A DNA stretch of 64,000 nt from a virus (taxonomy: Duplodnaviria; Caudoviricetes): the IMG/VR virus record IMGVR_UViG_3300025918_000011, positions 5,377 to 69,376 of that record; one strand, 5' to 3'. Under the pieces are notes generated by a model that saw only the letters and a program-made list of their open reading frames with translations, made no database searches and was not told the origin of the DNA. A program made the translations under genes and the position numbers. Positions 46,375 through 55,978 of this stretch are shown here, piece after piece (the stretch's first letter is position 1; each line of letters begins with the position of its first letter).

Positions 46375-49300
46375 TCAGCGCTGCGGCATCGCGAGCACGG
46401 CGTCGCGCGTCCCGTCGACGATGCGCGTGCCGAGGCGATCGAGCTTCGAGTTGAGGCCGGCGATCGCCCCGACGACCGGCGCGAGGTCGACCCCGCGCTG
46501 CGCGCCCCACTGCATGCCGGCCGAGGCGCCCGCCGCGAACGTCGACGACTGCATGGCGTCGATCTGCGACGCGGTGTAGACGCCTTCCCAGCCGTGCAGC
46601 GCGGCGATGGTCTCGGACCCGAAGTTGACGATCCCGCCCGTGCCCATGGCGTATTGAGGCACGTCGCCGCCGGTGTCGCTGTTCATCGAGTCGGATCCGC
46701 CCGAGCCCGAGACGTCGGCGCCTCCGGGCAGCTCGCCGTGCTGCCGCACGTTGACGTCGACGTTGACGGTCTTGTCGCCCAGCGCATCGAGCTTTTCTTT
46801 CGTTACGCCTAGCTGCTCGGCGACCAGCTTGAGCACGTCGACGACGAGCCCCATCGAGTCCGCGGTGCGCTCGGCAGCGGATTTGTGCGCCTCGCCGACG
46901 GCGCCCGCCTCGACGGCTTGGTCGATGAGCTTCTGCGTCGACTCGTCGATCGCGAATCCGGTCTTCTGGTGCAGCTCCCAGATCGCCTGTAGCTGTGGCT
47001 GCATGACTGCGATCGCCGCGGGGCCCTCGATGCCCTGCGCGGCTAGCGCGTCGATGTTGGCGCCGATCTGCGCGGTCATGCCGGTGAACATCTCCGACGT
47101 GAGCTGCCCGGTGTTGTAGAGCCCGACCATGCCCGTTGTAAATCCCGCGATGCCCTCGACGAGCGGGCCGGATACTTCGCCGGTAACGATGTCGATGATG
47201 CCAGCGAGCTCATTGAACGCCGACGAGCCCTCGAGCCCCGCGGCCTTGAGCTCCTCGCGCATCGCCGCGACGGCGGGAGCGATTTGCTTGGCGGCGTCGA
47301 CGGCCGACATGCCGCCCGCGACGAGCTGGCCGAAGTCGCCCGCGAGACCGGCCGAGATGCCCGTCGCCGCGCCCTGATTCACGAGCTTGCCCGCGGTCGA
47401 GTTGCGCCCGGCTTTGGCGCCGGCTTCGCGCCCGATGCGGTCGGCGTCCTCCTGCGACATGCCCTGCTCGAGGGCGCGGTTGCGCGCTTGGCGCTCGGCG
47501 ACGCGCGCCGCGTCGTCGGCGGCTTTCTCGCGCGTCGTCTTCATCGCGGCGAGACCGGCGCCGATGCCGCCGATCGACGCCGACGCTTGCCCCTTCAAGA
47601 ACTCGCGCAGCGGCTCGGACTGGATCCCGAAGTCCTTCGCGACGTTCACGAGCTCGCGCAGCTTGTCGGTTGCGATGCCCGTCGTTTTCGAGATGTTCGC
47701 CGCGGCGATATCGCCGAACGTTTCGTCGAAGACGCTCGACGCTTCCTCGAGCGACATCGTGCCGCGATCCACGGCGCTGAACACGTCGTGCAGGGCGTCG
47801 GCGGCTTTGCCGGCGCCGAACTTTCCGACGCCTCCCGCGGTGTCCATGATCTCGCGCAGGTGCATCAGCGCGCCGTCGAAGCGCCCCTTGCCGGACTTTT
47901 CGATGGACTTCGCGAGCTCGTCGGAGATCGTTACGCCGAAGTCGCGGCCGACGTCCGCGGCGATCTTCTGCGACTCGGTCTTGACGGCCTTTCCGGCGAA
48001 GCCGAGCAGCGCCCCGATACCTGCGCCGATCACCGCGCCCTGCGGGCCGAACTGAGCGCCGACCATGCCGCCCTCGAGCGCACCTGCGAGCGGGTTTTTC
48101 GACTTGGCGATCGACGACGCCCCGCCGAGCATGTCGCCGAACGAGAGGTAGCCTTGCTTCTGAGTGCGCGCGATGATGTCGGTCGCTTGGTTCGCCGACG
48201 ACAGCATGCCGCCGATCGTCGAGTCAGCCCGTCCGCCGAGCGCCTCGAAGAGATCGCCGAGCCCGCCGAGCACGTCGCCGAGGTTTTCCCACGTGGCGAC
48301 GAGCTCCTCGACGCGGTGCTTTTCGGACTCGATGAAGAGCTTCGACATGGTGTCGCGCGCCTTGTTGGCTGCGGCTGCCGTGTCGGTGGCGTTGGCGAGC
48401 TTCGAGAGCTCGTCGGCTTCTTCGGCTGCGGCCTTCGCGCCCGCAGCGCTGGCGTTGATCGCCTTGATCTTCGCGGAGTACGCGCGGTCGAGCGCCTCGG
48501 AGTCGCCTTGCTCGGCTTTCGTGCGGAGATACAGCGAGTTTGTTTCGTCGACTTGGGCGACGCGCGTCGCTTCGATGGCGCCCAACTTGCGCTCGAGGGG
48601 CGTCATGCCGGCTTCGATCGCGGCGTTGGCGATCTTCTGCGCGTCGGAGTACATCGCAGTTGCGACGGCCGCGAGTTTGCGTTCTGCGGCTTCCTTGGCT
48701 ACGGCGATCTGCATGTCGCCGAGCGCCTTCGCGCCCTCGTTGAGCTCGGCTTTCTGTTGCTTGTTGTACTTCGAGTCGTTGTTGTTCGAGGCGATCTTCG
48801 CCGCGGTGTTCGCGTTGATCTTCGCGATCTCGGCGTCGAGTCCTACGCCGAGCGACGCCTGCGCGACGGCGAGCTCCTGCGTGATCCGGATCGACTGCTC
48901 GTCGACCTCGTTCTGCACGCGCGCCGCATCGGTCTCGTCCTTGCGGTCCGCGGCCGATCGATATGTCGGCGAGTTGCGCACCGACGGCGCCGTCGACGCG
49001 AGCTTAGGCTTTACGACGCCGTAGCCCGGCGTTGCCTGCATGCGTGCGGTTTCGTTGGCGAGCCGGATGCGCTCGATGTCGGCAGCCGAGGCGCCCTGCG
49101 GGTTCGCCATGTTCTCGAGGCCGGCGCCGAATCCGCCGAACGTGATCGCGTTCAGGAACGGATCGAGGATCGCTCCGGGGCCTTGAGTTTGGACGTTCTT
49201 CGAGAGGCGCCCGATCGCGGCGGTAATGTCGTCGATGCCTTTGGCGACGCCGGGCATCGTGGCGACCGAGGCCCCGACGTTGCGCCACAGCCCGTCCCAC

Positions 49301-50313
49301 GCGGCATGTAGAGTCTTCGTCTTGTCGTCGAGCGCCGATAGCTTGACGATCATCTCCGAGTCGATCTTTGCGCCGATCGCATCGAGAGATTCACCCGCGC
49401 CGTCGCGCAGCCCCTGCAGCACGACGCGCACGTCGCCCCACTTGCGCCCAAAGATCTCGAGCGCCGCGTTGTCGCGGTCGACCTTGTTGGAGATTTGCTC
49501 GATCGCGTCGCCGACGGCGATGAGCTGCTCTTCGGGTTTCATCGATCTGAGCTGCGACATCGACAGCCCGAGATCGGTGAAGAGCGTCGGGGACTTCGCC
49601 ATCGCTTTTTCCATTTTGAAAAGCGCGGCGGTAATCGTCTCGACGCTGCCCGAGCCCAGCGCGGCCGAGAACGCGAAGTCTTGAAGCGCGTCGGTCCCGA
49701 TGTCGGTCGCGACGTTGAGGTCGGCGAAGTGATCCGCGTACGTCATCGCGGCGTCGGCCGAGTCGAGCAGCACCTTTGCGACGCCGGCACCCGCGACGGC
49801 GACGGCGCCGATGCCCGCGGCTGCGGTGAGCCCGGCCGGGCCGATGGCCGCGAGCACGCCACCGAGCGGCCCGAGCTGCCCGGCGAGCCCTTGGAGGCCG
49901 GCGCCCATTTGGCCCTCGATGGCGCTGCCCGCCTTGCCGAGCGCGGAGTTGAGATTGCCGACGCTGGCGATGACGCCCTGCAGAGAGGCGGGGACTGTCC
50001 CGCCCGCGGCCTGCAGCATCTTGATTTTGTTGGCGAGGTTCTCGGTCTGGATCGACGTGAGTTTTTCGACCCCGCCGATTTTCTCGAGGGCAACGGCGAG
50101 CTGGTCGAGCTGCGACGTCGGCTTGACGCCGGTGAGCGACTTTACGAGATTGTTAACCGAGCGCTCGGCGCTGGTCGACGCCTTGTCGAGGCGCGTCTCG
50201 AGAAAGCGCCCGAGGTCTTCGACGGAGACCTTTCCATCGCGCACCGCGGCCTGCAGCGACTTGATGTCGCCGCCGATCTCGAGCTTTACGCCGCCGATCG
50301 TAAGGTCGCCCAT
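46375..50313 (-). CDS. Tape measure protein
   Basis: 1312 aa, Ala/Gly-rich and helical; AALEIFGRKW; C-terminal PQYAMGTGG...LHGWEGV; follows the tail chaperone genes. Confidence 0.92.
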   Translation of the reverse strand: MGDLTIGGVKLEIGGDIKSLQAAVRDGKVSVEDLGRFLETRLDKASTSAERSVNNLVKSLTGVKPTSQLDQLAVALEKIGGVEKLTSIQTENLANKIKMLQAAGGTVPASLQGVIASVGNLNSALGKAGSAIEGQMGAGLQGLAGQLGPLGGVLAAIGPAGLTAAAGIGAVAVAGAGVAKVLLDSADAAMTYADHFADLNVATDIGTDALQDFAFSAALGSGSVETITAALFKMEKAMAKSPTLFTDLGLSMSQLRSMKPEEQLIAVGDAIEQISNKVDRDNAALEIFGRKWGDVRVVLQGLRDGAGESLDAIGAKIDSEMIVKLSALDDKTKTLHAAWDGLWRNVGASVATMPGVAKGIDDITAAIGRLSKNVQTQGPGAILDPFLNAITFGGFGAGLENMANPQGASAADIERIRLANETARMQATPGYGVVKPKLASTAPSVRNSPTYRSAADRKDETDAARVQNEVDEQSIRITQELAVAQASLGVGLDAEIAKINANTAAKIASNNNDSKYNKQQKAELNEGAKALGDMQIAVAKEAAERKLAAVATAMYSDAQKIANAAIEAGMTPLERKLGAIEATRVAQVDETNSLYLRTKAEQGDSEALDRAYSAKIKAINASAAGAKAAAEEADELSKLANATDTAAAANKARDTMSKLFIESEKHRVEELVATWENLGDVLGGLGDLFEALGGRADSTIGGMLSSANQATDIIARTQKQGYLSFGDMLGGASSIAKSKNPLAGALEGGMVGAQFGPQGAVIGAGIGALLGFAGKAVKTESQKIAADVGRDFGVTISDELAKSIEKSGKGRFDGALMHLREIMDTAGGVGKFGAGKAADALHDVFSAVDRGTMSLEEASSVFDETFGDIAAANISKTTGIATDKLRELVNVAKDFGIQSEPLREFLKGQASASIGGIGAGLAAMKTTREKAADDAARVAERQARNRALEQGMSQEDADRIGREAGAKAGRNSTAGKLVNQGAATGISAGLAGDFGQLVAGGMSAVDAAKQIAPAVAAMREELKAAGLEGSSAFNELAGIIDIVTGEVSGPLVEGIAGFTTGMVGLYNTGQLTSEMFTGMTAQIGANIDALAAQGIEGPAAIAVMQPQLQAIWELHQKTGFAIDESTQKLIDQAVEAGAVGEAHKSAAERTADSMGLVVDVLKLVAEQLGVTKEKLDALGDKTVNVDVNVRQHGELPGGADVSGSGGSDSMNSDTGGDVPQYAMGTGGIVNFGSETIAALHGWEGVYTASQIDAMQSSTFAAGASAGMQWGAQRGVDLAPVVGAIAGLNSKLDRLGTRIVDGTRDAVLAMPQR

Positions 50314-50367
50314 CGCTCAGTGCCTTTCGTAGTGCACCATCGTCGTCGCCATCGTCGTCGCCGTCGC

Positions 50368-50781
50368 CTAGCCGCTGCGTCGCAGCGACGCGAGTCGCCC
50401 GCTCAGGATCGTCGCGAATCTCGACATGAGGCGCTCGCCGCCCTCGCGATCGTTCGCGGGGCGCAGCCACGGATACGCCTTGCGCTTCGACGATCCGAAC
50501 TCGCCCTCGAGCAGCGCCCCGATGAACGCGCGATTGCCCTTCACGAGCACGAACACTCGGAACGTTCCGGGAGATGCGGCCTGGTCGTCGACGATGGCGA
50601 TCTGCGCCGCGGTGCGCCCGGTTTTCTTGTGGATGATCTCGCGCGCAGCATCGGCGAGCGGGCCCGCGGCTTCCATCGCGACTCTATTCATCGTCTGAAC
50701 GTCCTCGAACTGGGCGACGAGCGAGTCGAGGGCGCCCAGCGCCGAGTCGAGGCCGGAGACCTTCGAGGTTAGCCCGATCAT
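50368..50781 (-). CDS. HK97-gp10-like tail component
   Basis: KKTGRTAAQI...LEGEFGSSKRKAYPWLRPA. Confidence 0.8.
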   Translation of the reverse strand: MIGLTSKVSGLDSALGALDSLVAQFEDVQTMNRVAMEAAGPLADAAREIIHKKTGRTAAQIAIVDDQAASPGTFRVFVLVKGNRAFIGALLEGEFGSSKRKAYPWLRPANDREGGERLMSRFATILSGRLASLRRSG

Positions 50782-51019
50782 GAGGTCGGCGCCTCCACTG
50801 CGCGCCCCGAGCGATCACGTCGACGGCGACCTCGATACCGCGAGCACTGGCGATACACGAGGGCGTCGCCGCGCAGGGCGAGACGATACTGACGCCGACG
50901 CCCACGCCCACGCTGCTCGAGAGCGAGGGCGCTGTCGCGGTATCGCCCTCGAGCCTCGTCGCGGCGAGTCGCCATCGCTCGCCGCACCTTGCGAATGAGC
51001 CGCACGATCGCGCGCAGGA

Positions 51020-51361
51020 TCACGCGGCCCTCCGCTTCGAGCTCGTCGTCGTCTTCGAAGGCGAAGGCGGCGGCAGCGCGCGCGGCCGATGCTGGATCGC
51101 GAGCGCCTGCCAATAGCTCACCTCGTCGGCGACCGTCATCGGCGGGGCGTCGCGCTCGGCGAGCTCCTCGGCGTAGGTCGGCGGTACGAGCTTCGACAGC
51201 GGCTCCATGCCCGCCTGCGAGAACGCTGCCCCCGCAAGCCGCGCCGTATGCCACGCGACGCGCATCTCGTGCCGCTCTCGCTCGGTGCGGCGCCAACCTT
51301 CCGCCTGAATCACCATGAACACCTCGCGAAGCGTTACGTTCCAGAACGTCTCGAGCGTCAT
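51020..51361 (-). CDS. Tail assembly chaperone, second (frameshift) segment (gpT-like)
   Basis: FWNVTLREV motif; reading frame is open upstream to the slippery site at 51487-51493. Confidence 0.75.
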   Translation of the reverse strand: MTLETFWNVTLREVFMVIQAEGWRRTERERHEMRVAWHTARLAGAAFSQAGMEPLSKLVPPTYAEELAERDAPPMTVADEVSYWQALAIQHRPRALPPPSPSKTTTSSKRRAA

Positions 51362-51393
51362 GCCGGCGCGCAGCGCGGCGCGCAGTATGTACT

Positions 51394-51942
51394 CTATGCC
51401 GGCGTCGTCGCCGGGAGCTCCGAAGTCTGCGTCGCCGGGCCCACGGCTTCGATTGCCAAAAATGCCGCCATCACGGCGGCTTTTGCTTTTGGGTCGATCA
51501 CCTCGTCGCTGAAGATCGCCGGCTTCGAGAACGCGAGCGCCCGCTCGAGGGCGTCCTGCAGCGTCGCGCGACCGTCGGTCGGCCGATAGTCAATGAGATC
51601 CTGGATCTCGCTGATCTTGAGCGCCGCGTGGTGCCGCGAGAGCGCGATCTTGTAGAACTGAATCAGCGCGGTCTCGCTGGAGTTGAAATGTCGCGTGATT
51701 GCCGGCACGCCCTTCAGAGGCTTGAACGCCTCCTCTGCGGCCTGCCACTCGCGCGCGCCAACGCGCAGCGTGAAGGTTTTCGGCTGCCCGTTGAGCTCGA
51801 GCTCGACGGCGACGTCGCCGTATGCCGACGAGATCTCGGCGCCGTGATAGTCGCGCTTTACGCGCAGCTTGCCGAGCTCGGCGATGCCGTCTTCGTCGAC
51901 ATCGAACTCGCGACCGTCGATCAAGATCTTGACTGTTGCCAT
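51394..51942 (-). CDS. Tail assembly chaperone (gpG-like)
   Basis: Position between tail tube and tape measure genes; GGAGG RBS; frameshift signal near the 3' end. Confidence 0.75.
   Translation of the reverse strand: MATVKILIDGREFDVDEDGIAELGKLRVKRDYHGAEISSAYGDVAVELELNGQPKTFTLRVGAREWQAAEEAFKPLKGVPAITRHFNSSETALIQFYKIALSRHHAALKISEIQDLIDYRPTDGRATLQDALERALAFSKPAIFSDEVIDPKAKAAVMAAFLAIEAVGPATQTSELPATTPA
51464..51493 (-). promoter_or_regulatory. Programmed -1 ribosomal frameshift signal
   Basis: C CCA AAA heptamer (51493-51487), 6-nt spacer, then hairpin GCCGCC-GTGAT-GGCGGC. Confidence 0.8.
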
Positions 51943-52097
51943 GCGAGAGGCCCTCCATTAACGAGAAGCGTTTTGCACCGACGCTGGTCGAAGTTAATTG
52001 GCGCCCGGCATTATCGCGCGGGCGCCCCCGACATTGTACGGCGACCTTTGCCCTTCGCGGAACGTCGTCGTCGATGGCGTCGACGTCGTCGTCGTCG

Positions 52098-52532
52098 TTA
52101 GAGACTCGAGTCCGGATCGATGTCGCCCGTCACCTTGCACTTGAACTCGAGCGTCTGCTGCCCGTCGATGTTCGACGGATCGACCGCGGCGCGCAGCGGA
52201 GTCACTTCGAAGCCGAAATACTTCGCGGGCGAGCTCGGGACGTACACTCGCACGTCGAAGTTTTCGCGCGCCAGCGTGTAGGCGCGGATCGCCGCCTGTC
52301 CGGCGTCGCCTTCGATGTGGTTGAAGCGCCAGGTCTGCTCGTCGCCGTCGGGGCGCCCCGCGATGTAGGTCTCCGACGTCGCATCGGAGAATGTCGTTTT
52401 CACGAGGGGCAACGTCTGCCCGAGCGCCGCGAGCCCGATGCATTCGTTTGCCTGGATGAACGAGCCGACGTTGTTCGGGTCGGCGACGTAGATCTTCGTG
52501 CCGAGTGTGTGTTTTGCCAGAGTCGAGGGCAT
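52098..52532 (-). CDS. Major tail tube protein
   Basis: GTKIYV, TYIAGRPDG, GQAAIR, FKCKVTGD as in siphophage tail tube proteins. Confidence 0.85.
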   Translation of the reverse strand: MPSTLAKHTLGTKIYVADPNNVGSFIQANECIGLAALGQTLPLVKTTFSDATSETYIAGRPDGDEQTWRFNHIEGDAGQAAIRAYTLARENFDVRVYVPSSPAKYFGFEVTPLRAAVDPSNIDGQQTLEFKCKVTGDIDPDSSL

Positions 52533-52618
52533 TGGCCTGTCTCCTTTTCAAACCGCGTAATGAGGGGGCTGCGGCGTCATGCGATGTTCGTCGCCGCCGC
52601 GTTGCCGTTGCCCTCGAA

Positions 52619-53164
52619 CTAGCTGCCGATGATGACGACCTCGAGCTCGACGGAGTCGGCGCTCGACAGGTTCGTCAACGTGATCGCGTCGCCGGTCGTC
52701 GCCGTGACGGGCACGCCCGTCGCATCCGGCGCGACGAAAATGAACATCCCGCCCGGCCGGATCGGCACGTAGGCGAGAGCGTCGGCGCCACCCGAGTCGC
52801 GCGACGCGAGCAACTTCGACGTGATGAAGTCGCCCTCGAGAGCGACGATCTCGTCCTGCGTCGACGAGGCCGGAGTCGTCACGCGACGCACCGCGAGCAC
52901 CACGATGCGCGCGAACGCCGCCACGACGCCCGACGACACGCCCGACGGATCGGCGAGCGAGCCGGAATCGAGGTCGTACGTCACCGCGCCCGAGCCGGCG
53001 AGCGTCGGATTGGCGACGAACACCTTCGTCGCCTGATTGAGCCCGGTGCCGTCGGTGAGGACTTTCGACCACGCGGCGTCGAGTTTGAAATCCGAGCTGC
53101 CGACCGCGGGTGTCGTCGTGCGAGTGGCGCTGAGAGCGGCGGTAACGGATGCTTTGAGCGACAT
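52619..53164 (-). CDS. Putative virion structural protein
   Basis: Thr/Ser/Ala/Gly-rich, beta-prone; sits between tail terminator and tail tube genes. Confidence 0.6.
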   Translation of the reverse strand: MSLKASVTAALSATRTTTPAVGSSDFKLDAAWSKVLTDGTGLNQATKVFVANPTLAGSGAVTYDLDSGSLADPSGVSSGVVAAFARIVVLAVRRVTTPASSTQDEIVALEGDFITSKLLASRDSGGADALAYVPIRPGGMFIFVAPDATGVPVTATTGDAITLTNLSSADSVELEVVIIGS

Positions 53165-53177
53165 GGAATGACCCTCC

Positions 53178-53642
53178 TTAAGCCGCTCGCGCGGCGGTTA
53201 CTTTGAAGTCGAGAGAGCGGCGATAGAGGCGAGTATCGCGCTCGTACGTCGGAGCGCCCGGCGTTGGATCCTCGCGCACGGCTTGGATCTCGACGCCGTT
53301 GACGACGCGGCGAAACGAGAATTTCGAATATCGCGGATCCGGGCACAGTACGAGCGTCGCCGCGTCGAGGAGATTGTCGGCGAGCTCGCGCGACGAGGCG
53401 TACGCGTCGAGCTGCAGCCGATGCACTTCGATGCCGGTGCGGCCCTCTGAGCTGCGCCCCGAAAACACGAGCATCGTTTGCACGACGAGCGTAGGGCCCG
53501 CGATCTCGAGAACGCTGTCGACCGAGCCGCGCTGCGGGATCACGTCGGAGTGAATGCGCACGCCCGCGGCACCAGTGACCATCGAAGCGACGACGGCGTC
53601 TTCGAGCAGTAGCGATTTGATCGGCGTGAACATCGAGATCAT
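53178..53642 (-). CDS. Tail terminator/completion protein (DUF3168-like)
   Basis: LQLDAYASSRELADNL...YERDTRLYRRSLDF. Confidence 0.8.
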   Translation of the reverse strand: MISMFTPIKSLLLEDAVVASMVTGAAGVRIHSDVIPQRGSVDSVLEIAGPTLVVQTMLVFSGRSSEGRTGIEVHRLQLDAYASSRELADNLLDAATLVLCPDPRYSKFSFRRVVNGVEIQAVREDPTPGAPTYERDTRLYRRSLDFKVTAARAA

Positions 53643-53655
53643 CGATCGCCCCCGA

Positions 53656-54075
53656 TCATCGCGAGCTCCCAGCGCCGAGCCACACCTCGGTTACGTAACG
53701 CCCGCGCGTCGTTTCGTCGACGGGCCCGTTGATGCGCACGATCGGACCGCTCGAGCCGTCGGGCAGCACGAACTTGTCGCGCGCGTCGATCGGCTCGGTG
53801 CGCCCCGACGCCCCGTGCGGCTCGATCGGCGTGAGGAACACGATGTGATGACGATAGTCGACGACGTCGCCCGAGGCCGCGCCCATGTTCGAGGGCGACG
53901 CCTCGACGATCGCCTGTCGCACGATCGGCGCCGATCCGAAGTCCGGCGAGTCGTCGTCGAGCAGCCCCTGCCATGCCCAATGCTCGACGCTGCACTGAAA
54001 CGTCGCGGTGAGCTCGTTGACGTTGGCGACGACGTCGCGGATCACTTGCCCGAGGTCGAACGAAGGAGTGCTCAT
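53656..54075 (-). CDS. Head-tail connector/closure protein
   Basis: Position in the neck module; IDARDKFVLPDG. Confidence 0.6.
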   Translation of the reverse strand: MSTPSFDLGQVIRDVVANVNELTATFQCSVEHWAWQGLLDDDSPDFGSAPIVRQAIVEASPSNMGAASGDVVDYRHHIVFLTPIEPHGASGRTEPIDARDKFVLPDGSSGPIVRINGPVDETTRGRYVTEVWLGAGSSR

Positions 54076-54785
54076 CGCCAATCACCTCGAAGAGCCGGCG
54101 CGCCCGGCGCCCACGGCGCGCGCATCGCCTTCGCTAGGCACGCTTCGCCGATCGCCGCTGCAAGAGCGTCCTCGAGAGCGATCCGCGGGAACGTCGTGAG
54201 CGTCGTCGCGCGGGACGCGTTGAAGACGTCGACGTCGATCTCAGCGAGCGGCGCCACGAGCGTCGCGAACAAGGCGCTCCAGCGCTTGAAGTCGGGCGTG
54301 TCGTCGAGTGGGCGCCCGCACGCGTAGAAGTGCAGGGCGCGGGTTGCCGGCTCGCGCTGGAGATCGTAGCCGAGCAGCACGATACGCCGCGCCCCGAGAT
54401 GCACGGCGACGTTGATCGCCTGATAGCCGGAGTTCTTACCGTGGCGCACGGCCCCGCGGTTCTCGAGCTCGAGGCCGGTCGCGCCGGACATCGCGAGGAC
54501 TTCGGCACCGTAGAGCGCCCCGCGATCCTCGGCGCAATACCGCAACCCTCGGAACGCCGCGAGCAGCTCACGATCCTCGGGCCGGCACCAGTCGTCGGCG
54601 TGGTGCGCGTATCGCGCGTCGGCCCACGGCGCAAGGCGCACCGCGGCATTGATTGCAATCACTCGGATGTGCCCCTCGCCGAGCTCGCGCGCCCGCCGAA
54701 CTTGCTCGACGTCGGCGGGGGCGAGACTCGGACCGCAACCAATGCAAACGACGACAGCGCCGGGCCAGAGCTTTGGAACGCTCAT
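54072..54785 (-). CDS. DUF115/MAF_flag10/MptE-like protein
   Basis: CIGCGPSL, VIAINAA, GKNSGYQAINVAVHLGARRIVLLGYDL, HFY, VFNAS. Confidence 0.8.
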   Translation of the reverse strand: MSVPKLWPGAVVVCIGCGPSLAPADVEQVRRARELGEGHIRVIAINAAVRLAPWADARYAHHADDWCRPEDRELLAAFRGLRYCAEDRGALYGAEVLAMSGATGLELENRGAVRHGKNSGYQAINVAVHLGARRIVLLGYDLQREPATRALHFYACGRPLDDTPDFKRWSALFATLVAPLAEIDVDVFNASRATTLTTFPRIALEDALAAAIGEACLAKAMRAPWAPGAPALRGDWR

Positions 54786-54813
54786 AGGTGCACCGGCGCC
54801 CATTTCCCGCGGA

Positions 54814-55152
54814 CTAGCGGGCCACCCCGTCGAGACGGATTTTGCCGGTCGTGTCGCTCGAGCCCGCGGCCACGGTGGCGACGCCCGCCAACGTGTTCGA
54901 AGAGCTCGTCGTCGTGAACTTCTTGGCCGAGTCGTCCCAGTAGAGCTTCGCGCCCTCGGACCACGTCTGACCGGTCGCCTTCGGGACCGTCGCGACGCCC
55001 TTCGTCAGCGCGCTGAACGACTCGGTCTGCGCCGCGCTGAATAGCGCGATCACGATGAGCGAGCCGATCTTGTAGGGCGTGCCCTTGACCACGCCGCCCG
55101 ACGGTGCGGTCAGCGGGAGGACTTCGCCGGCCTCGACGTAATTGGTTGCCAT
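54814..55152 (-). CDS. DUF2190-family capsid decoration/cement protein
   Basis: NYVEAGEVL.LTAP.GGV..G...GVATVPKATG...G.KLYWD. Confidence 0.85.
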   Translation of the reverse strand: MATNYVEAGEVLPLTAPSGGVVKGTPYKIGSLIVIALFSAAQTESFSALTKGVATVPKATGQTWSEGAKLYWDDSAKKFTTTSSSNTLAGVATVAAGSSDTTGKIRLDGVAR

Positions 55153-55222
55153 GACTGCAGCTCCTTCTCAAAGGCGAGAGCTCGAGGCCCCCGCGATATC
55201 CCCTTGCCGCGACGTTCGACGC

Positions 55223-55864
55223 TTAGCGCGTCGCTCCGTCGAGCAGAATGCGCCCCTTGACCGGAGCGTCCGATGTCACGGTGACGATTTCCGACGGAGG
55301 CGACCCCGCGACCGTCGACGCCACTGCCGTCACGCCTCGGAGCGCCGAGATCGCCGCCGCGATCGCCGTGGCCGTCGCGGCCTCCGACGTCGCCTGCGTG
55401 AAGTCGACGCCTTCGGTGATGACGTACACGAGGGGCGCGAGGTAGTCGCGCGCGATCGTGATCGTGATCGTCTTGTCGTCGAGGCCCGTGCGGTCGATCA
55501 CGGTGAGAACGTTCTCCGTGACGTCGAGGTCGCTCGGGTCGGCGCTCGACGCCATCGTGATCGCGTCGGCGATCGCCGCGACGGCGACGCCCACGAGCGT
55601 ATTCGCGGGCGACGATCCCGCGGCACTCGTGAACTTGCGCGCGGCGTCGTCCCAGTAGACCTTGAGGCCCTCGGTCCACGCCTCGGTCGCGACCTTCGTG
55701 CCGAGGTAGACGCCCTCGACCTGAGCCGAGAACGACGCTGCTTCGGCCGCGTCTTCCATCGCGATCGCGACCAGCGTGCCGATGAGGTACGGTTGCCCCG
55801 ACGTAACGCCGCCCGTGGGCGCCGTGAACGCCAGGGTTTCGCCGGGCTGTACGAAGGTATCCAT
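55223..55864 (-). CDS. Second DUF2190-family protein with internal insertion
   Basis: FVQPGETLAFTAPTGGVTSG...TEAWTEGLKVYWDDAARKFT, ~95 extra residues, then GRILLDGATR. Confidence 0.8.
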   Translation of the reverse strand: MDTFVQPGETLAFTAPTGGVTSGQPYLIGTLVAIAMEDAAEAASFSAQVEGVYLGTKVATEAWTEGLKVYWDDAARKFTSAAGSSPANTLVGVAVAAIADAITMASSADPSDLDVTENVLTVIDRTGLDDKTITITIARDYLAPLVYVITEGVDFTQATSEAATATAIAAAISALRGVTAVASTVAGSPPSEIVTVTSDAPVKGRILLDGATR

Positions 55865-55978
55865 GACGGTGCTCCTTTGCCTTCGAAAATCGAGATCGAG
55901 ATCGCGAGAGCGAGATCGAAGAGATCGAAGGCGTCGGCGCTGAGCGATGAGGCCCGGCGCCGACGCATTCGACCAGCG

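Noticed and set aside
50778-51019. Gene between the tail chaperone and HK97-gp10 genes
   Set aside because: Several short frames are possible and none has a convincing start or composition; left unannotated.
51994-52100. Possible frameshift extension of the tail tube protein
   Set aside because: The -1 frame is open for about 35 codons, but there is no clear slippery heptamer or recognisable domain.
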